Source: Escherichia coli (GTDB lineage Bacteria; Pseudomonadota; Gammaproteobacteria; Enterobacterales; Enterobacteriaceae). Taken from it: a stretch of DNA of 1,796 bases. The stretch lies in NCBI RefSeq assembly GCF_003334255.1, contig NZ_QOWU01000149.1. One strand, given 5' to 3'. Of the stretch, positions 1 to 1,796 are shown in pieces (position 1 is the stretch's first letter; every line of letters begins with the position of its first letter). The notes beneath the pieces were generated by a model. It saw nothing but the letters and a program-made list of their open reading frames with translations. It was not told the origin of the DNA and made no database searches. Position numbers and translations under genes: made by a program.

Positions 1-74
1 TGTGTGAGTTCCGGCTGAATTTGTGGGGAGCGGAGTTTGCGGCGTTCTTACAGTGTAAGCAGTAGGAAAACCGC

Positions 75-96
75 GACGGGGACGAAAGTCCCCGTC
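75..96 (+). other. Perfect 9-bp GC-rich stem (GACGGGGAC / GTCCCCGTC) with GAAA tetraloop; RNA structural element of unknown role in the leader of the first ORF
   Basis: Read directly: 75-83 gacggggac, loop 84-87 gaaa, 88-96 gtccccgtc are exact reverse complements. No U-tract follows on the + strand (aactggttgc), so it is not a canonical intrinsic terminator. It sits 11 nt upstream of a GAGG Shine-Dalgarno at 108-111. Confidence 0.55.
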
Positions 97-121
97 AACT
101 GGTTGCTGAGGTTCAGCCGAT

Positions 122-523
122 ATGGCACCCGTTTCAGGTGAGAGAATGGACGACAGAATTCTCCGGTATATGCAGCGTGTTGTGAGAAATTCCCGCAACC
201 CTGAATTTATGAATGAAGTTAAAGACGCCTGCCTTAAAAAGCAGGCGTTTTGCTTTGAAGCGCCGGATGGTTTTCTGGTGCTGCGTTCTGTGCTCAGTGA
301 CGATGGTATCCCTTATGTTCTGGTGTTACTGGGCGTGTGTACGGGGAGTAAGAGTGTTGAGCGTTATCTGCCGGAGGTGAAGACATTAACCCGCCTGGCT
401 GGCGGACGCTGGGCCGAATTTCATACGGCAAGACGAGGATTTATCCGGCTGGGAAAACGTCTGGGCTTTGAGCGAATGCCGGATGATGAGGATGGCTTCA
501 TGGTGTTCAGGATAGCAGTCTGA
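122..523 (+). CDS. Hypothetical protein, 133 aa; C-terminal region has a weak GNAT-like 'KxLGFE' motif (unconfirmed)
   Basis: ORF with ATG at 122 and TGA at 521-523. An in-frame TGA at 107-109 means the start cannot lie further upstream. GAGG at 108-111 is 10 nt before the ATG; an alternative in-frame ATG at 146 is preceded by AGGTGA (136-141). The ORF is followed by an intrinsic terminator. Product unknown. Confidence 0.7.
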   Translation: MAPVSGERMDDRILRYMQRVVRNSRNPEFMNEVKDACLKKQAFCFEAPDGFLVLRSVLSDDGIPYVLVLLGVCTGSKSVERYLPEVKTLTRLAGGRWAEFHTARRGFIRLGKRLGFERMPDDEDGFMVFRIAV

Positions 524-575
524 CTGCCACTGTATTCATCATCGAGCGTAAACCCACATTGCAATTCACATTCTG

Positions 576-598
576 ACCCTGCTCCGGCAGGGTTTTTT
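576..598 (+). terminator. Rho-independent (intrinsic) terminator, + strand
   Basis: Stem CCCTGC (577-582) / GCAGGG (587-592) with 4-nt loop tccg, extendable by an A576:T593 pair, followed by a T6 run (593-598). It lies 54 nt after the stop of ORF 122-523. On the minus strand there is no U-tract after the stem, so it is unidirectional. Confidence 0.8.
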
Positions 599-605
599 GT
601 TATCT

Positions 606-611
606 GAGGAG
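606..611 (+). promoter_or_regulatory. Shine-Dalgarno (GAGGAG) for the 617-1273 CDS
   Basis: GAGGAG is 5 nt upstream of ATG 617. Confidence 0.75.
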
Positions 612-616
612 CCATT

Positions 617-1273
617 ATGGGCGGAAGTAAAGGTGGTGGTGATACCAAAGTAAAACCAACAGCAGCGCAAATAGCACAGGAAGAGGTGGCCTGGAAAGGG
701 TGGCAGGATTACAAAAATATTCTCCGTCCGGCAGAAGATAACTTCATGAAAAAGGTCGATGACCTTAACAGTGAGCAGCAGTACGAAAATATCGCAGGCA
801 CAACAAATCTTGGGTATCAGAAACAGTTTGGTGAAGCGCGAAGGGAGCTGGCGGGTAATCTTGCTCAGTCCGGCGTTGACCCATCCAGTGGTCGTTTTAA
901 TGCAGTAATGGATGCAAATCAAAGCGACCAGGTGATCGGGCAGATTGACACGACCACACGGGGGCAGGTATCGCAGGCAGATAAATATATTGCCGGGCTA
1001 CAGGATGTTGCGGCTCTCGGTTCCGGTCAGAAGGCAGATGCGTTACAGAGTTTTAACTCGCTGGCAGACAGCAGTCTGGCAAAAGCTAAATCGGACGCAC
1101 AGGCTGCGTTTACGAAACAGCAGGGGCGAGCCTCTCTTGTTGGCGCTGGTCTGGGTGCGGTTGGTGCATATGCGATGCATAAGGCTGGCGGTAGCGGAGG
1201 AAGTGGCGGTGCTAAAACACCTGGCACCGGCGCTAATGCCATTCAGCATCAGGCTCAGAACTGGAGACTGTGA
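617..1273 (+). CDS. Hypothetical low-complexity Gly/Ala/Gln/Ser-rich protein, 218 aa; candidate virion-associated (ejection, pilot or scaffold-like) protein, family not recognised
   Basis: Long ORF with a strong SD (GAGGAG, 5-nt spacer) and ATG start. The N-terminus is MGGSKGGG and the C-terminal region contains AGGSGGSGG. A hydrophobic Gly-zipper-like stretch ASLVGAGLGAVGAYAM maps to about 1130-1177. No cysteine. The stop TGA (1271-1273) lies 2 nt before the next start. Confidence 0.8.
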   Translation: MGGSKGGGDTKVKPTAAQIAQEEVAWKGWQDYKNILRPAEDNFMKKVDDLNSEQQYENIAGTTNLGYQKQFGEARRELAGNLAQSGVDPSSGRFNAVMDANQSDQVIGQIDTTTRGQVSQADKYIAGLQDVAALGSGQKADALQSFNSLADSSLAKAKSDAQAAFTKQQGRASLVGAGLGAVGAYAMHKAGGSGGSGGAKTPGTGANAIQHQAQNWRL

Positions 1274-1275
1274 TT

Positions 1276-1722
1276 ATGGAGTACGGTAAATACGAAACTC
1301 TCGCAAGGGCTGGTTATTCAGGAGCAGCCCGCCCACAGGGTGACTGGCAGACGTCAGCAGCGCTGACACGCCAACAATACGACGACTGGCGAACCAGATA
1401 TTTGCCCCGCGTGGCAAGGCTGGCTGACCTTGGCGAGAACAACAGCCTGATGAATGCGCAGCTTGCCCGGGTGGGCGGCCTTGCCACTTCCAGTCTCCGT
1501 ACAGCGCAGATGGCGCAGGATAACCAGATGGCACGATATGGCGTTAACCGACCTGATAATCCCAACAGTAATACGCTGGGGTTACGTAATGCCCTGGCAA
1601 TTGCTGGCGCGAAAAATGGTATCCGTGAAGCAGAGCAGGATCGTCAGATGAACATACTGACGGGGGCTTCTGCACCTGCAAGACAGCAACTGAGTGTTGG
1701 CGGACAACTGGTGTCAGCGTAA
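1276..1722 (+). CDS. Hypothetical protein, 148 aa from ATG 1276, Ala/Gln/Arg-rich and cysteine-free; translationally coupled to the upstream gene
   Basis: GGAG at 1263-1266 is 9 nt upstream of ATG 1276. The six-frame track starts at GTG 1270, but that leaves only a 3-nt spacer to the SD, so ATG 1276 is preferred. Stop TAA at 1720-1722. The upstream stop and this start form ...GTGATTATG..., typical of coupled genes. Confidence 0.75.
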   Translation: MEYGKYETLARAGYSGAARPQGDWQTSAALTRQQYDDWRTRYLPRVARLADLGENNSLMNAQLARVGGLATSSLRTAQMAQDNQMARYGVNRPDNPNSNTLGLRNALAIAGAKNGIREAEQDRQMNILTGASAPARQQLSVGGQLVSA

Positions 1723-1731
1723 GGAGGAAAT

Positions 1732-1796
1732 ATGGGATACGGTTTACTGGATATTGCGAATCAGTCACGGCGTGAGGCATTACAGGGAATAAGTGA
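1732..1796 (+). CDS. 5' end of a further hypothetical gene (first 21 codons, MGYGLLDIANQSRREALQGIS...), truncated by the window edge
   Basis: Strong SD AGGAGG (1722-1727) overlaps the upstream stop and is 4 nt before ATG 1732. The frame stays open to the end of the window. It is too short for the ORF track to list; the call rests on the RBS and operon context only. Confidence 0.5.
   Translation, partial: MGYGLLDIANQSRREALQGIS

Noticed and set aside
3-65. Possible 3' end of an upstream + strand gene (frame 3 open from the window edge to TAG 63-65)
   Set aside because: Only 20 codons are visible, and the other two frames have stops at 5-7 and 16-18. It cannot be distinguished from non-coding leader without upstream sequence.
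1-121. Sigma70 promoter for ORF 122-523 in the leader
   Set aside because: No convincing -35/-10 pair was found. The promoter may lie upstream of the window, or use a different sigma factor or phage polymerase.
500-605. Sigma70 promoter for the downstream cluster inside the 3' end of ORF 122-523 or the intergenic region (for example TTCACA at 565-570, TTGCAA at 559-564, TGTATT at 531-536)
   Set aside because: None of the -35-like hexamers pairs with an acceptable -10 at 16-18 bp spacing, so I do not call a promoter here.
1190-1213. GGSGGSGG tract as evidence of an engineered or synthetic linker
   Set aside because: Codon choice across the tract is heterogeneous (ggc ggt agc gga gga agt ggc ggt) and the surrounding sequence looks like natural low-complexity protein, so there is no support for an artificial construct.
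1270-1272. GTG at 1270 as the start of the third gene, as given by the ORF track
   Set aside because: It overlaps the upstream stop and sits only 3 nt after the GGAG SD. ATG at 1276 has better spacing (9 nt) and is the more probable initiation codon.
945-1289. + strand 114-aa ORF embedded out of frame within the 617-1273 gene (Arg-rich, with a short hydrophobic stretch LLLALVWVRLV)
   Set aside because: Arg-rich alternate-frame ORFs are the expected by-product of GCN/GGN-rich coding sequence. There is no obvious SD in front of its ATG. An overlapping lysis-type gene, as in small ssDNA phages, cannot be fully excluded, but nothing here supports it.
1454-1651. + strand 65-aa ORF embedded out of frame within the 1276-1722 gene
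   Set aside because: Same reasoning: short, alternate frame, Arg/Trp-rich, no RBS.
617-1722. Specific assignment as a Microviridae/gokushovirus-type DNA pilot (VP2-like) plus scaffold (VP3-like) pair, or as P22/T7-type ejection proteins
   Set aside because: Sizes and composition are loosely compatible, but the upstream gene is a 133-aa ORF with its own terminator rather than a major capsid gene, and I cannot recall any actual sequence match. This is kept only as a hypothesis to test by homology search.
421-1780. Minus-strand ORFs from the six-frame track (421-648, 566-922, 1027-1242, 1043-1249, 1274-1534, 1314-1565, 1544-1780)
   Set aside because: All lie antisense to + strand genes that have strong SDs and coherent operon structure. 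Their translations are Cys/Arg/Pro-rich or otherwise atypical, and they lack convincing RBSs. They are most likely frame artefacts of the sense genes.

Overview
This 1.8 kb window carries four same-strand (+) genes and no RNA genes, CRISPR arrays or recognisable mobile-element ends. A short non-coding leader (1-121) contains a strong hairpin and a small palindrome. It is followed by a stand-alone 133-aa ORF (122-523) that ends at a canonical intrinsic terminator (576-598). Immediately after comes a tightly packed, translationally coupled run of three genes (617-1273, 1276-1722, 1732->1796, the last truncated by the window edge). The two complete downstream proteins are cysteine-free, low-complexity and rich in Gly/Ala/Gln/Ser; the 218-aa one has glycine-rich termini and a glycine-zipper-like hydrophobic segment. 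I do not recognise any of the proteins as a named family from memory. The compact layout, strong Shine-Dalgarno sites and protein composition are reminiscent of a phage or prophage virion-associated module (internal, ejection, pilot or scaffold-like proteins) in an enterobacterial-like background, but that is inference, not identification. I see no direct evidence of a defined novel system in this window; the findings below are candidates for follow-up with modest interest scores.
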